Source: the human T2T-CHM13v2.0 reference genome, Homo sapiens
Direction: 5' to 3' (one strand)
NCBI RefSeq assembly: GCF_009914755.1
Contig: NC_060932.1
DNA length: 64,000 nt
Position numbers and translations under genes: made by a program. This document shows positions 45,096-58,620 of this stretch, in pieces; the stretch's first letter is position 1, and each line of letters begins with the position of its first letter. The notes under the pieces are model-generated. The model did no database searches, was not told the DNA's origin, and worked only from the letters and a program-made list of their open reading frames with translations.

Positions 45096-46000
45096 CTTTG
45101 TGGTTTTATCTACTTTTGGTCTTTGATGATGGTGATGTACAGATGGGTTTTTGGTGTGGATGTCCTTTCTGTTTGTTAGTTTTCCTTCTAACAGACAGGA
45201 CCCTCAGCTGCAGGTCTGTTGGAGTACCCTGCAGTGTGAGATGTCAGTGTGCCCCTGCTGGAGGGTGCCTCCCGGTTAGGCAGCTCGGGGGTCAGGGGTC
45301 AGGGACCCACTTGAGGAGGCAGTCTGCCCCTTCTCAGATCTCCAGCTGCGTACTGGGAGAACCCCTGCTCTCTTCAAAGCTGTCAGACAGGGACATTTAA
45401 GTCTGCAGAGGTTACTGCTGTCTTTTTGTTTGTCTGTGCCCGGCCCCCAAGGTGGAGCCTACAGAGGCAGGCAGGCCTCCTTGAGCTGTGGTGGGCTCCA
45501 CCCAGTTCGAGCTTCCAGGCTGCTTTGTTTACCTAAGCAAGCCTGGGCAATGGCGGGCGCCCCTCCCCCAGCCTGGCTGCCACCTTGCAGTTTGATCTCA
45601 GACTGCTGTGCTAGCAATCAGCGAGACTCCGTGGGGTAGGACCCTCTGAGCCAGGTGCGGGATATAATCTTGTGGTGCGCCTTTTTTCAAGCCCGTCAGA
45701 AAAGCGCAGTATTCGGGTGGGAGTGACCCGATTTTCCAGGTGCCGTCCGTCACCCCTTTCTTTGATTAGGAAAGGGAACTCCCTGACCCCTTGCACTTCC
45801 TGAGTGAGGCAATGCCTCGCCCTGCTTTGGCTCGCGCACGGTGCGCGCACCCATTGACCTGCGCCCACTGTCTGGCACTCCCTAGTGAGATGAACCCGGT
45901 ACCTCAGATGGAAATGCAGAAATCACCTGTCTTCTGCGTCGCTCAGGCTGGGAGCTGTTGACTGGAGCTGTTCCTATTCGGCCATCTTGGCTCCTCCCTC
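45096..46000 (-). promoter_or_regulatory. L1 5'UTR with internal sense promoter and antisense promoter
   Basis: YY1 site (GGCCATCTTGG at 45980-45990 on +) is intact; CpG-rich; antisense splice donors retained. Confidence 0.85.
45550..45639 (+). pseudogene. L1 ORF0, truncated to 29 aa
   Basis: MAGAPPPAWLPPCSLISDCCASNQRDSVG then TAG; matches the ORF0 N-terminus. Confidence 0.85.
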
Positions 46001-46059
46001 CTATTTATTTTTTTTGGAGATGGAGTCTCCTTCTGTCGCCCAGGCTGAAGTGCAGTGGC
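46001..46059 (-). mobile_element. Alu 3'-end stub (~45 bp plus tail)
   Basis: TTTTTTGGAGATGGAGTCTCCTTCTGTCGCCCAGGCTGAAGTGCAGTGGC, then Alu similarity stops abruptly. Confidence 0.9.
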
Positions 46060-46116
46060 TGCACGGTTTTCATATGTAAATGTTCAATGATGTTAAATGT
46101 TCATGAAGTTTAAACT

Positions 46117-46243
46117 GGCCAAGTATCCTAGTATAGTATTCAAGGACAGCATAAATAGAATCAGAATAATGACATGATTGAGGACCCATTAGCTCCATGT
46201 GAACTTACTCAAAAAACTCTCTATCCCAGAACTTCCCCCAAAT
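46117..46243 (+). repeat. 127-bp dispersed direct repeat, copy 1
   Basis: Matches 48894-49020 with 4 substitutions by eye. Confidence 0.95.
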
Positions 46244-47789
46244 TTTACGATGAGATTAGATGAATATTAAACAGCCATTAAAAAACTGTAATACTATCTT
46301 TGAGGCATTTTCAATGTCTTTAATAAGATGGCATTAATCTTTTCAGAGGAGACCATTGGTGAGAAATTTTAGGCAAAAATGTTTACTATTAAATCTCTCG
46401 TGCTGTTTTTTAAATTTCCTTTTTGTCTTTACACATTTTCTAAATTGAAAATTAAACATTAATTTTTAAACATATGTTTTTGAGGAAGACGGAGTTACCA
46501 GTTCATTAGCAAGAGGCATGCCTTTGTAGGGCAGTGAATTGTACTGCAAACAGATTTCCTAAATTATAAATAATATGAACTGAAAGTGTGAATTTGAAAT
46601 CTCACATGGTAAGCAATGATTTATTTTAATAATATAAACTAGAAATATCAACTCCATCCCATTCCCTTCACATATAGTGTAAAATGGATACTTTTTTTAG
46701 GGAAGACAGCTATAATCCCCTCCTTACCACAAAATAAGAAACCTATAAAAATATAACTGTGAAAGCAATCTATTCAAATGTGCAAATGAAGGTACATAAA
46801 TTTTTTAAAATCAAATATATAATTTCAAAGGAACTAAATCCTATTCCTTCCTAAACATGATTAAGTGGAGGTTGTTTTATGTATTTTACTGATAGGCAAT
46901 ATGAAGCCAGGTCAGAGTATAATTTCTTTATGCCAGACGAGAATGTATAAAATAAGCCGCCTCACAGTCAGAACCTAATTTGTTTCTCTCTGAGTTTGAC
47001 GTCAATCAACAATTTGGATTTGAATTTCCAAAAGGGCTTAAAGTTTCATTGTTTATCCCTTTCCATCTTGTTCAAGAAGATTTGAAGTTGTTAGAGGATT
47101 TTTCTGTGTATTCTTGGGAGTTTGGCAAGAAAAGAAAGCAAGCTGTTTTCTATGCTCGGGGATTCTGAGATATGAGTAAATTATGTGATTTCACCATGCA
47201 GAAAGTGAGTTTCAGAACCTCTGCTGGAATCTGGCTTGTCTGCAGAGATTTAAAGTCCAAAATGCTCCCCTAAAACCAAGTCACCTCCCATTCTTTTATC
47301 TAAGCATGTGATTTATCCTTTTATTTTCCTTCCCTTATATCTCCTGGAAGAACGATACTGTAATGATTATTCTAGCAGACACACATCTAGTAGATACACA
47401 GAAACAGAGTCATGCTCCCGGTGTGGTGTCCCCCTGAAAATCTGTCTAATGTAGACACATGAATCAAATTTAAATAAGGACCCTACCTTGCTTCCAAATG
47501 AGTTGGAGCATGTTTCATTTAACAAGTGCCAACTTTGAAGACACGGGAGACCTCATTGGCTTAGGGACCATATGGCGTGACAAATACAATCCTGCACCTT
47601 CTAAGGGGGGAGCTCAGGAAGAATCACCTCCTGTGGGAGCAGACTCGGCTCCTTTGAGAAGCGGAATGGCTGACTCTACATCAGCCTGGCGAGGCGGTGG
47701 CGCCTGTGGTTCCGTCACACAGTCGTCTGGATGTGCTGTGAAGTTACCATGTGAAAGGGACTTGGTTTCGAGTCAGGAGAATTTGGGTA

Positions 47790-47950
47790 AAGCAGATTGT
47801 CCCCCGTAACATGGGTAGGTTTCCTCCAAATAATTGAAAACCAAAGACTGGGGTTACCCAAAGAACACAATCTGCCTAAAAGATTGCATGATCAAGTTTT
47901 TGCCTATATTTCTAGCCTGTCAATCTGCCCTGGAGATTTCAGACTTGCTC
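47790..47950 (+). mobile_element. MLT2-like LTR fragment
   Basis: GTAAAGCAGATTGTCCCCCGTAACATGGGT and CTGCCCTGGAGATTTCAGACTTGC resemble MLT2C/D. Confidence 0.5.
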
Positions 47951-47953
47951 TCC

Positions 47954-48300
47954 GTGCTGGGGGCTGTCCATGTCCAGGGCCTGTCCATGCTGGGGGCTGT
48001 GCATGATAGGGTCTGTTTATGCTGGGAGAAGTCCACGATGGAGTCTGTCCGTGGTGGGGGCTGTCCATGTCCAGGGTCTGTCCATGCTGGGGGCTGTCCA
48101 TGATAGGGTCTGTTTATGCTGGGGGCTGTCCACGATGGAGTCTGTCCGTGGTGGGGGCTGTCCATGTCCAGGGTCTGTCCATGCTGGGGGCTGCCTATGC
48201 CGCTGTCTGTCCATGGTGGGGTTTGTTTATGCTGGCGGCTGTCCATGCTGGGGGCTGTCCGTCCTGGGATCTGTCGATGCCTGGGCTCTCTGTGCTGGGC
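47954..48300. repeat. G-rich 16-bp minisatellite with 97-bp higher-order unit
   Basis: Monomer ATGCTGGGGGCTGTCC; six-monomer block starts at 47954, 48051 and 48148. Confidence 0.92.
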
Positions 48301-48893
48301 ACAGTGTGGGGAGGCTGAGTCATGGAGCTTGTAGCAGGAGGATCGGATGAATATCTCTGAACACACTTGGGGATCAGTGAGGGCTGTTATTTGAAGCTGG
48401 GGAAGAGTGAGCTGTTTGTGGGCTAGGTTGGGACAGTTTAATGGATGAGAGATCAGGGAAGGAGAGAGGGAAAACAGGAAGAGAAGTCACTGGGCAGGGA
48501 GAGGAGGTGGGGTCGGGTATTTATGGTTAGTGACAGGAAGGGAGCTTCATCCTACTGCAGAATAGAAAGACGCTGTGCTTGTCTGTCAGCGATGGGAAGA
48601 TGGAGCATTTCTGTGGGAACAGCCGTGTCCCATCATCAGCTGCAATGAGGAAAGGAGGGCTGGGAAGTTTGCGGACAGGGGTAGTGTAAGATGCACGTTG
48701 CAAAGTTAGAAGCAAAACTTACAAGAGAAATGAAGCAAGACCTCAAGATAATGCAGAATGATGGGAATACAGGGAGTCCAGGGGCATCTACGGCATAAGG
48801 ACCTTGGTGTCAGAAAGGCAGAAGCTTCAGAGAATTTATTCGGTGTCAGAAGACAGGCTGTTCTGCCTTGACTTTCTTCTGGAGGAAAACACA

Positions 48894-49020
48894 GGCCAAG
48901 GATCCTAGTATAGTATTCAAGGACAGCATAAATAGAATCAGAACAACGACATGAATGAGGACCCATTAGCTCCATGTGAACTTACTCAAAAAACTCTCTA
49001 TCCCAGAACTTCCCCCAAAT
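48894..49020 (+). repeat. 127-bp dispersed direct repeat, copy 2
   Basis: GGCCAAG.ATCCTAGTATAGTATTCAAGG...CTTCCCCCAAAT, matches 46117-46243. Confidence 0.95.
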
Positions 49021-49337
49021 CATCACTAAGAACGTATTAGCTGGTTCACAATATATTAATTAAATAGAGCAGATAAATGCAACACTGTGTGTCTTCCTCT
49101 AGAGAAACGATAAAGGGTATACTAAGGCACTGATACTCTGCAGAAACAGGAGGAATGCTTTCTTTCCATTTTTGGTGCTTATTTTAGATTACAGTTTTGC
49201 AAAGACGAGTAAGTTTTGTGTAATAAAGAAAAGTATCATTTTATATAAAAGGTATATTTTCTCACTGAAGAGTATTTATAGCAGTAATCGTTCAGAGCTT
49301 AGAGGGTTCAGACATTTGCAGGGTCCACAAAATAGGA

Positions 49338-49401
49338 AATATATATATGTATTATTTATACATATTACATATTATATAATATTTATATATATACATTTTT
49401 A

Positions 49402-49435
<34 letters not shown>

Positions 49436-49437
49436 TC
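49338..49437. repeat. (TA)n/AT-rich simple repeat
   Basis: ATATATATAT runs ending in a T run. Confidence 0.85.
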
Positions 49438-51785
49438 AGATCCCAACCCGCAAAACAGAGGTCTTCTCTAGCTTGCTGGTGGCAGACCAGGAAAGGTAAC
49501 TAAAACATTCAATATACTCATGTGCAACGGCAAATATGAATTTAACTTGAATTGAATTTCAAAGATTAGCTTATAAATGAAAAGACTTTTCCCAGAGTTT
49601 TAACCTGCAATCTGAAAACTCAAGCTGTGTTCTTCTCTCAGATTTCAAAGCTGATGATAGTGATTCTACAGTATAAATTTATTTGACAGTTCTGAGGATG
49701 ATTGATAAGGGACATTCCGAGCATCTTAGCTCTGCAGCCTTAAGCAACACGGTCATTTGGTTGAAATATGCAGTTCTAAGGTCAAATGAGTAATGACATT
49801 ACTCATTTATTTATTAATGACAAAAGCTTAAGAGATGATTTTCCTAGCTACTTTCTCTAAGATTTTAAGGTGTTAAAAATTCTCAAAAATATTCTTTCCA
49901 TTGTATTTGTCATTTCTTAGATATATCTGCAGTGCCCTCTTAATGCTCTTTCAAAATACAGTGCAATAATATAATGCTTTAAAGCAACTATTTCTCCAGG
50001 CTTTTTACAGGAGCTAGCCAAATAGGAACCATGGGTCCAGGAATTTCTAACATTCCTATTAAAAAAGGTTACCCCACTCTCATTCAAGGTAAATGATGAG
50101 GCATTGGGTTATTTAATAAATGTTAAATTGGCCAGTGATATTTTAAATTGTCTATGAATGATGGGCAGACAAAAGGAGTATAAGCTGGAAATCATTTATG
50201 AGCTACCCCAGTGATCAGTCTTACAAATGTTTCTATAAATGACTCACCATATTTTTCAAAGTGAAAAAAGATTTAATCACCTAATTTACAGCATAATATG
50301 ACAAAACAAGTTGGAAATAAGTGTGAGTGAGAGAGAAATTGGATAAAGTTTGAAAAGGAGCTTCATTTACCAATAAATATAGTTCCAGTAGTATCACGTG
50401 ACATCAATATAATAATTGGTAAAAAAACTCACGGGTGTCATCTTTAAAATGTTTTCATAATATTATAAGATAGGCATTGAGTACTGTGCCCACGTTTTTA
50501 AGGTGGCAAATCATGCTCAGGAAGGTTCTATCAATAGTAAGTAATAGAAATGGGGTTCAACTCCAGATCTCATGCCCTCAAAACTAGTTTGTGCACCATT
50601 ATATTCTGTGGTCTCTGCCTTCCTATGTAAGCCTGTAATATGCACATATGGTCATATACACAGTGATAGCATCGATATTTACATACATTCCTTAGAAATG
50701 TTTTATGGCTCTGTGTGTGTATGTAGGAGATATGTGATATTTTCATTGTGGGAATTATATTATTAATAGGATTCAATGTGCTTATATTTCCATTTAAAAT
50801 TCAAATTTAAATTTAAATATTTAAACATTAATTTGACAAGAAAATGAAGGTTGAAGGTAATTGTGTATGAAAAAATCCACTGATGATTATGAAGAAACTT
50901 TGGCGAAACTATAATTTTGTGTTTATAGATGCTCCTCCTTATTATCGTTGTATCAATTTGCATGACTGCAAAGTGTATCTTTAATGCAATTATTTCAATA
51001 ATAATTTATTAAGTGTATCTAATGCATCTGGAAGCTTTTGCTCAGAAGCACTTATCACACCCTAATGTGTTTATATGCTTTGATATTTATCTTTTGTTTA
51101 ATAAATTTGACGGCAATATCTGTTCTCAGATGGCTTTGAGTCAAAGAGGAAGAAAAAGGTAAGAAATCAGTTACTCTGCAGTGTGCTGTAGCCTGTGATA
51201 AAGAACCCTTCTGAGGGCTTTGAAATCTTGCAGGTTGATGAATAATTAACCAAGTAGACAATGGTGGGTGTGCATTCTAAGCTGAGGAAGTGGCACACTC
51301 ATGGGCTCACTGGTGTATGAAAGCATGACATATTTGGGTTCAGTGGAGCTGGGATGGGCAAGATACAGGTGAATTAGATGAAGTTGCACCGGTCGAGCTT
51401 CGGCTGAGGCATGGGGGTGTTATTATCTTTGTTATTTACTTCCTTTTAATTGTTTTGGCTTTATTTGCTCATTTCTTCCCTAAGTTCTTGAGGTAGAAGC
51501 TGATATTATTGATTTGAGGCTTTTTCTGTGTTTGAATGTATTCATTTCATGCTTTAAATGTCCCTGTCAGCTCTGCTTTAGCTCTACCCTACACGTTTTG
51601 ATATATTTCTTTTTAATTTTCATTCTGTCTTTTAAAAATGTATTTGAGGCTTCCATTTTTATTCTGAATGTTTTAGATGTATCATATTTAGTTCTCAAAT
51701 GTGTGGAGACTTCTCTGTAATCTTTCTGTTATAATTTCTCGTTTGATTTCCTTTTGGGTAGAGAACACACTCTGTATAATTTCTA

Positions 51786-52094
<309 letters not shown>

Positions 52095-53671
52095 TATAAT
52101 TTCTATTTTTAAAATTTGTTTCATACGTGGTCTATCTTGGTGAATACTCCATTCGACACATTAAAAGAATGTGTATTCTTTTGTTTTTGGGTGGAGTGTT
52201 CTACAAATATTGGTTAAATCCTGTTGGTTGATGATGTTGTTGATTTCTCCTATATCATTGCTATTTTTAAGTTGGTCTGTTAATTGAGTGAAGGATGTTG
52301 AACTCTCACTTTAATTTGGATTTGTCTATTTCTTCTTTCAGTTAGATTAGGATTGGCTTAATATATTTTTCAGCTTTGTTGTTTGGGGCATACACATTTA
52401 AGATTGCTATGTCCTCTTGGTGGATTGACCCTTTTGTCAGTCTTCAGTATCCCTGTCTGATTAATGTAGCCACTCCTGTTTTCCTTTGATTAATGCGTGC
52501 ATGATACATCATTTTTCTATTCTTTTACTTTGAACCTTCATAAACTATTATATTTGAAGTGTGTTTCTTGTAGGAAGCGTACAGTTTGGTCATGTGTTAT
52601 AACACTGTCTTTTAATCCGTGTATTTGGACCATTTGTGTTAAGTGTAATTATTGCTATACTAGGACTTAATTTTGCCATTTTATTTTTGTTTTCTATTTG
52701 GTCTCTATATTTCCTGTTTCTCTGTGTTTTTTCTTGTCTTCTTTTGAGTTAAATTTTGGTCCCAAATTCTATTGTGATATATTGCTAGCGTTTTCGAATG
52801 TATCTCTTTGTATAGTGTTTTTAGTGGTTTCTCTAGGTCTTTATACAGACACAACTTAACATTATGTACTGCTGTTATATTACCAGTTTGACTGATTTAT
52901 AGGAACCTTACCCTCATTTAAATTTCTTTACCTTTCTCCATTTATTATATAATTCTCTTAAGTATTTTGTCTATACTATATACATATATATATGGTTGGA
53001 ATGACATCAAACTATGCCATAATATTTGCTTCAACTATAAAGAGAAGAAAAAAAGTATTATATTTACCTATATTTTTTATTACCATCTTTTTTCTTATTT
53101 CCCTGTGATTTAAGTTTCCTTTTTTAGTCATTTTGTTTCTTTTCAGATGATTTCCTTTAGCTATTCTTTAAAATAGGCCTTCTAGAGACATATTCTCTTG
53201 ATATACTTTTGTCTCATAATATTTTGATTTTTTTCTTTAATTCAGAATGATATTATTACAGGACACAGAATTCTGGTTTGACATTTTTTAGCACTTGAGA
53301 AATGTAATACTTCCTTCTGGTCTTTACAATTTCCAGGAACAAATCCACTGTAATTAGAATCACTTTTTATCTATAGGTAAGGTGTTACTACTCTGTCACC
53401 ACTTTCAGGTATTTTTCTATCTTTATATTTTTCACTCTATGACTATAATGAGTGAATTTCTTTGGGGTTCATTCAGTTTTTTGAATCTGTGGGTTTTGTG
53501 TCTCTTGCCATTTGGGAAAAATTTTAATCATTATTTGAGTGCTTTTTTAGACCAACTTTTTTTCTTTTCATTCTGGACCTCTAATAATGTAAATGTTATT
53601 TTTTTCTTATATTTTTACTAGTTCCTAAGGTTATATTCAGTATGCTTTTTCCCTCTGTGTTCTAGAATGGG

Positions 53672-54209
53672 CGTATTAGTCAGGGTTCTCTAGAGGGACA
53701 GGACTAATAGGATAGACGTCTATATGAAAGGGACTTTATTAAGGAGAATTGACTGACACGATCACAAGATGAAGTCCCACAATAGGCTGTCTGCAAGCTG
53801 AGGAGCCTGGAAGCCAGTCCGAGTCCCAAACCTCAAAAATGAGGAACTGACAGTGCAGCCTTCAGTCTGTGGCCGAAGGCCCAAGAGCCCCTGGCAAATC
53901 ACTGGTGTGGGTCCCAAAGACCAAAAGCTGAAGAACTTGGAGTCTGATGTTCAAGGGCAGGAAGCATCCAGCAAAGGAGCAAGATGATGACCAGAAGACT
54001 CAGCAAGTCTGCTCTTCCAACTTCTGTCTGCTTTATTCTAGCTGTGCTGCCAGCTGACTAGATGGTGCCCACCCAGATAGAGGGTGGGTCTGCCTCTTCC
54101 ACTCCACTGACTCAAATGTTAATCTCCTTTGAACACATCCCCACAGACACACCCAGGAACAGTACTTTGCATCCTTCAATCCAATCAGGTTGACACTCAA
54201 TATTACACA
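53672..54209 (-). mobile_element. MLT2A1/MLT2A2 solo LTR (ERVL)
   Basis: GTATTAGTCAGGGTTCTCTAGAGGGACAG start; CAATCCAATCAGGTTGACACTCAATATT end; TSD ATGGG at 53667-53671 and 54210-54214. Confidence 0.9.
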
Positions 54210-55741
54210 ATGGGCAATTTCTATTGTTCTCTATTTAGAACAATATTATTTCTATTGTTCTATATTTTTTCCTGTCTCCTCCGTTTTGCTGTTAAGCTCA
54301 TCTATTGTGTGTATGTTCATGTGTGTGTTTTATTGTGGTTATACTTTTCAGTTCTAAAATTTCCATTTGGTTCCTTTTTATATCTTCTATTATTTTTGCT
54401 CAGACTTTCTATTTGATGAGGCTTCTTTATTTTGTTTCAATTGTGTTCACAATTTTTCATTTTTTAGAATGGCTATTTAAAATCTTTATAATGTAATTCC
54501 AATTATCTGTCATCTCAGTGTTGGTATCTATTCATTTTTAAACATTCTATTGAGAACTCCCTGGTTCTTGGTATGATGAATGAGTTTTTTCATTGAAATT
54601 TGTACGCTTTGGAAGTTATGTTATATAGCGTAGTCTTACTCATTTCCTTATTTTAGCTATTTCTCTTGACACTGTTTAATATGTGAAGGACAGGTGCTAC
54701 TCACTACCATCAGGTGAGGGTAGAAATCCAGGTTCCTCTATTGACACCCAGTGAGGGTTACTGCTTGTAACTTCTGGCCAGGGTAGGATTTCTGGCTCCT
54801 CACTAGTTGCCATTGCTACCTTTCTTGCTGGGAAAGGTGAAAGTGTCTCACTAGTTGTTACGCACATGGCCTTCACTGGCTTCCTGTGTGTTTGTGAGCC
54901 TTGACCATTTCATTGCTGGGCAGGGTGAAGCCCCCACTCTTGTTTGATTCTGTCTCAGTGGGGTGGGGTGGAAAACCTGTTACTCCAGGACTGTTGTCAA
55001 GTCCTGTCCTTCAAATGGTTTCCACTGAAACCTGGGAGGGGAGGAAGTAGTCCTTAACTGCAGGACATCAAAGCAGAAATTCTTAAAAGCAAGCAGAGAA
55101 TGAAAACAAACTATGTGTTACTCAGAAAAGCCTGAAAATTAACACACAGAGGACTCTCAAGAGGAACAATAAGTGGCAGAGGCAATGGAATAGTGTGGAG
55201 ATAAACAGCTCTAAGTAGTTACTTTTTCAGCAATTATGATGAATAAGGTATTGTAATATAGCCACAACAGATTTTAATGTGAAAAGTTATAAGGAACACA
55301 CTTCAAGAAGAAGGAAAATGATCCCAGGAGGAATATCTGAGATAAAGGAGGAAATGGCAAGCAAACAAACTTATAAACTTGCTTGTAAATAAAAACAAAT
55401 ATCGTTGAAGAGAAGAAAAGCAATGATGTCTAAAATTCTATGTTCTTGGAAAGACGAAATTAAAATATTGGACAGAAAAAACCCAACAAGTCGTAACTCA
55501 AGAGAAAGAAATAAGAATTAAAATACCTAAGATTTTATATTTTGTGAAAGCGAGTATAATTTTATTTTATACTTGGTTAATTTAAGTGTGCAATATAAAA
55601 TATCAAGTGTAACCAAAATAAGAATAGTAACATCTAAGTTATTGAATTTCAACAACAAAAAGTAACAAAGTGACAACAAACAAAAACCCTAATTATACTA
55701 GAAAGAGAAAAGGAAAGACAGAAAATAGAAAGTAACCTACC

Positions 55742-56048
<307 letters not shown>

Positions 56049-56339
56049 AAAACCTACATTTTAAAATTATAGTAAAAACAAGTCTCACTCTATCAGTTAT
56101 TACTGATTATAATAAATGAAAATGAAAAAATTTATTAGTTAAAAGGCAGGATTATCAGATTATACTTGAGAACTAAGTTCTAGTATGTGCCGTTTACAAA
56201 AACACACGTCAAAACAACAGAGAAAAGTGGTTTAAAAATATGTAACACAAATGATAACAACATAAACTGGATAACTTGGTAATATTAGAAAAATTGACTT
56301 TAGGAGAAAATCATTAAGAGGGATAAAAAGCTATTAAGA

Positions 56340-56648
<309 letters not shown>

Positions 56649-56761
56649 AGAGGTATTACAAAATGGTATAGTAATCATTTTTCTTGAAGGATATACTAAT
56701 CTAAATTTGTAGCCACATGTAAAATAATGTGAGGTTATTGAAAACCTAGAAATTTAAAAAT

Positions 56762-57052
56762 TTTTTGGGGGGAATAGGGTCTTGCTTTGTTACCCAGGCT
56801 GAGTGCGGTGGTGTGATCAGGGCTCACTGCAACAGAGACTCCCCTGGCTGAAGCAATTTTTCCACTTCAGCCTCCTGGCTACCTGGGTCTACAGGTGCCA
56901 GCACAGCTGGCTAATATTTAATTTTAATTTTTTGTAGAGATGGGATCTTGCTATGTTGGCTAGGCTGGTCTCAAATTCCTAGGATCAAATAGTCCTCCTA
57001 CTTTGGCCTTCTACAGTGCTGGGATGATAGGTGTGATTCATGGTTCCTGACC
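56762..57052 (-). mobile_element. AluJ-type SINE, diverged
   Basis: AGGGTCTTGCTTTGTTACCCAGGCTG...GTAGAGATGGGATCTTGCTATGTTG. Confidence 0.85.
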
Positions 57053-58239
57053 AAAATAAAATTGTGTGTGTGTGTGTCTGTGCAGGAGCCCGCGTTTGTA
57101 TATTCTGACAGCAGAAGAATTCCCTGTCCCCATTATTGATTAGGGAGGCAAGAACATAAAAATGGTAAAATAGAAATTTAAACATGATTAACAAACTTAT
57201 TTCATATAAATATAATTGTAATTTTTTGTTTTTTAATAATTGTAGTCTTAATTTAGGAAATATACATATTTTAGAGTTATATGAACTATTATAAAAATCT
57301 ATGTTGTATTAGTTCATAAGACTAGTTGCTACACAATACATAGAATCAGCAAAATCCTAGCTATGTTGTCAAACCATAAAATAAATAATTAATATTTAGC
57401 AACAAAGAGGAAAATACCAACAACACGTTAGAAATTAAAGCTACATGTACACTAAACAATTTATGGTTTAAGAATAACTAACGTTATAGATTTATCGGGT
57501 ATTTTAAACTAAATGATACCATGGGTACTATATTTTAAAATGTTCAACAGAGTAATTTAGAAAAGTAAAACGCAATTATCCAAATTAATAAAGGAGATCA
57601 TAAAGATAATAAAATAGGTATATGAAAAATAAAAATATTAATGTGAAAATTTTGTCCTCTGAAAAGCTGAAACAAAGAAACAAAACAAACAAACAAAATC
57701 GTGATAGGCCTATCTTGAGCTAGATCTAGGAGAAAAAAGGAAGAGAAATTCCAGAATAAATAATTGTAAAAATGAAAAAGTGACATACCATCTATTCAAC
57801 AGAGATTGACAGGGTAATAAAAGGCTATTTTGCCATAAAATTAGAAAATTGAGATAAAATGTCCAAATAGCTAAGAATATTTTACCAAAATTGAATAAAA
57901 AAGAAATAGAAAACCAAAATATCACTGGAATCAGTTTAAAAATTCTTTATTAAGTAAACAATTGGCTGAAATTGTTTTACAGAGTTGTTCTTCCAAGTTG
58001 TCACAGAACAGAGCAATATACTTTCTATGAATAATTCTAAGGTACAGAAAGAGAGGGCAAACTCTCAATTTTATTCTGTAACACTAGGAAAATTCAGATG
58101 CCAAAACCATACAAGACAGAAAAGGGAATAAATATTACGAGGCAATAAATATTACGAGGGAATAAAAATATTAAAAAAAAAATCCTGTCCAGTCCACCAA
58201 CCTTACAAAACTCAAGAAGGTTGAAGTTGGAGGAGCCAC

Positions 58240-58620
58240 GTTTTGCTGTTCACAAAATTCCCTTTTTCCACTTTCCTAATGTAAGACAATGCTGGAAAAT
58301 GAACACTCAGCCAGAAGCCACATTTCTCATCCCCTTTTAAGTGGGTGATACGTTAAGATGGAATTGACCAATGGGATGTGAGTATACAAGATTTATACCT
58401 CTTTCAAACTTGGCTCATGAAAAATTGCATGTTTGAGCATCTGTGCTCTTTTCCTCTTCTGATTGGCTGGAATGAAGACAGCCCTCGTCAGACACTAAAT
58501 CTGCCAGCACCTTGACGTTGAGCTTCCCAGCCTCCAGAACTATGAAAAATCAATTTCAGGACTTTATAAATTATTCAGTCTAAGAAATTTTGTTATAGCA
58601 GCAGGAAAAGCTCAGGACAG
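58240..58620 (+). mobile_element. MLT1-type LTR fragments
   Basis: CTGCCAGCACCTTGA..CTTCCCAGCCTCCAGAACTATGA..TTTGTTATAGCAGC is the MLT1 3' end; the upstream part is a weaker match. Confidence 0.65.

Noticed and set aside
46980-47180. Possible minus-strand exon after a CTCAG acceptor, with a TGACGTCA palindrome at 46997
   Set aside because: All three frames close; a lone 8-mer is expected by chance.
47904-48366. Cys/Trp-rich repeat ORFs
   Set aside because: Translations of the 16/97-bp minisatellite in many frames.
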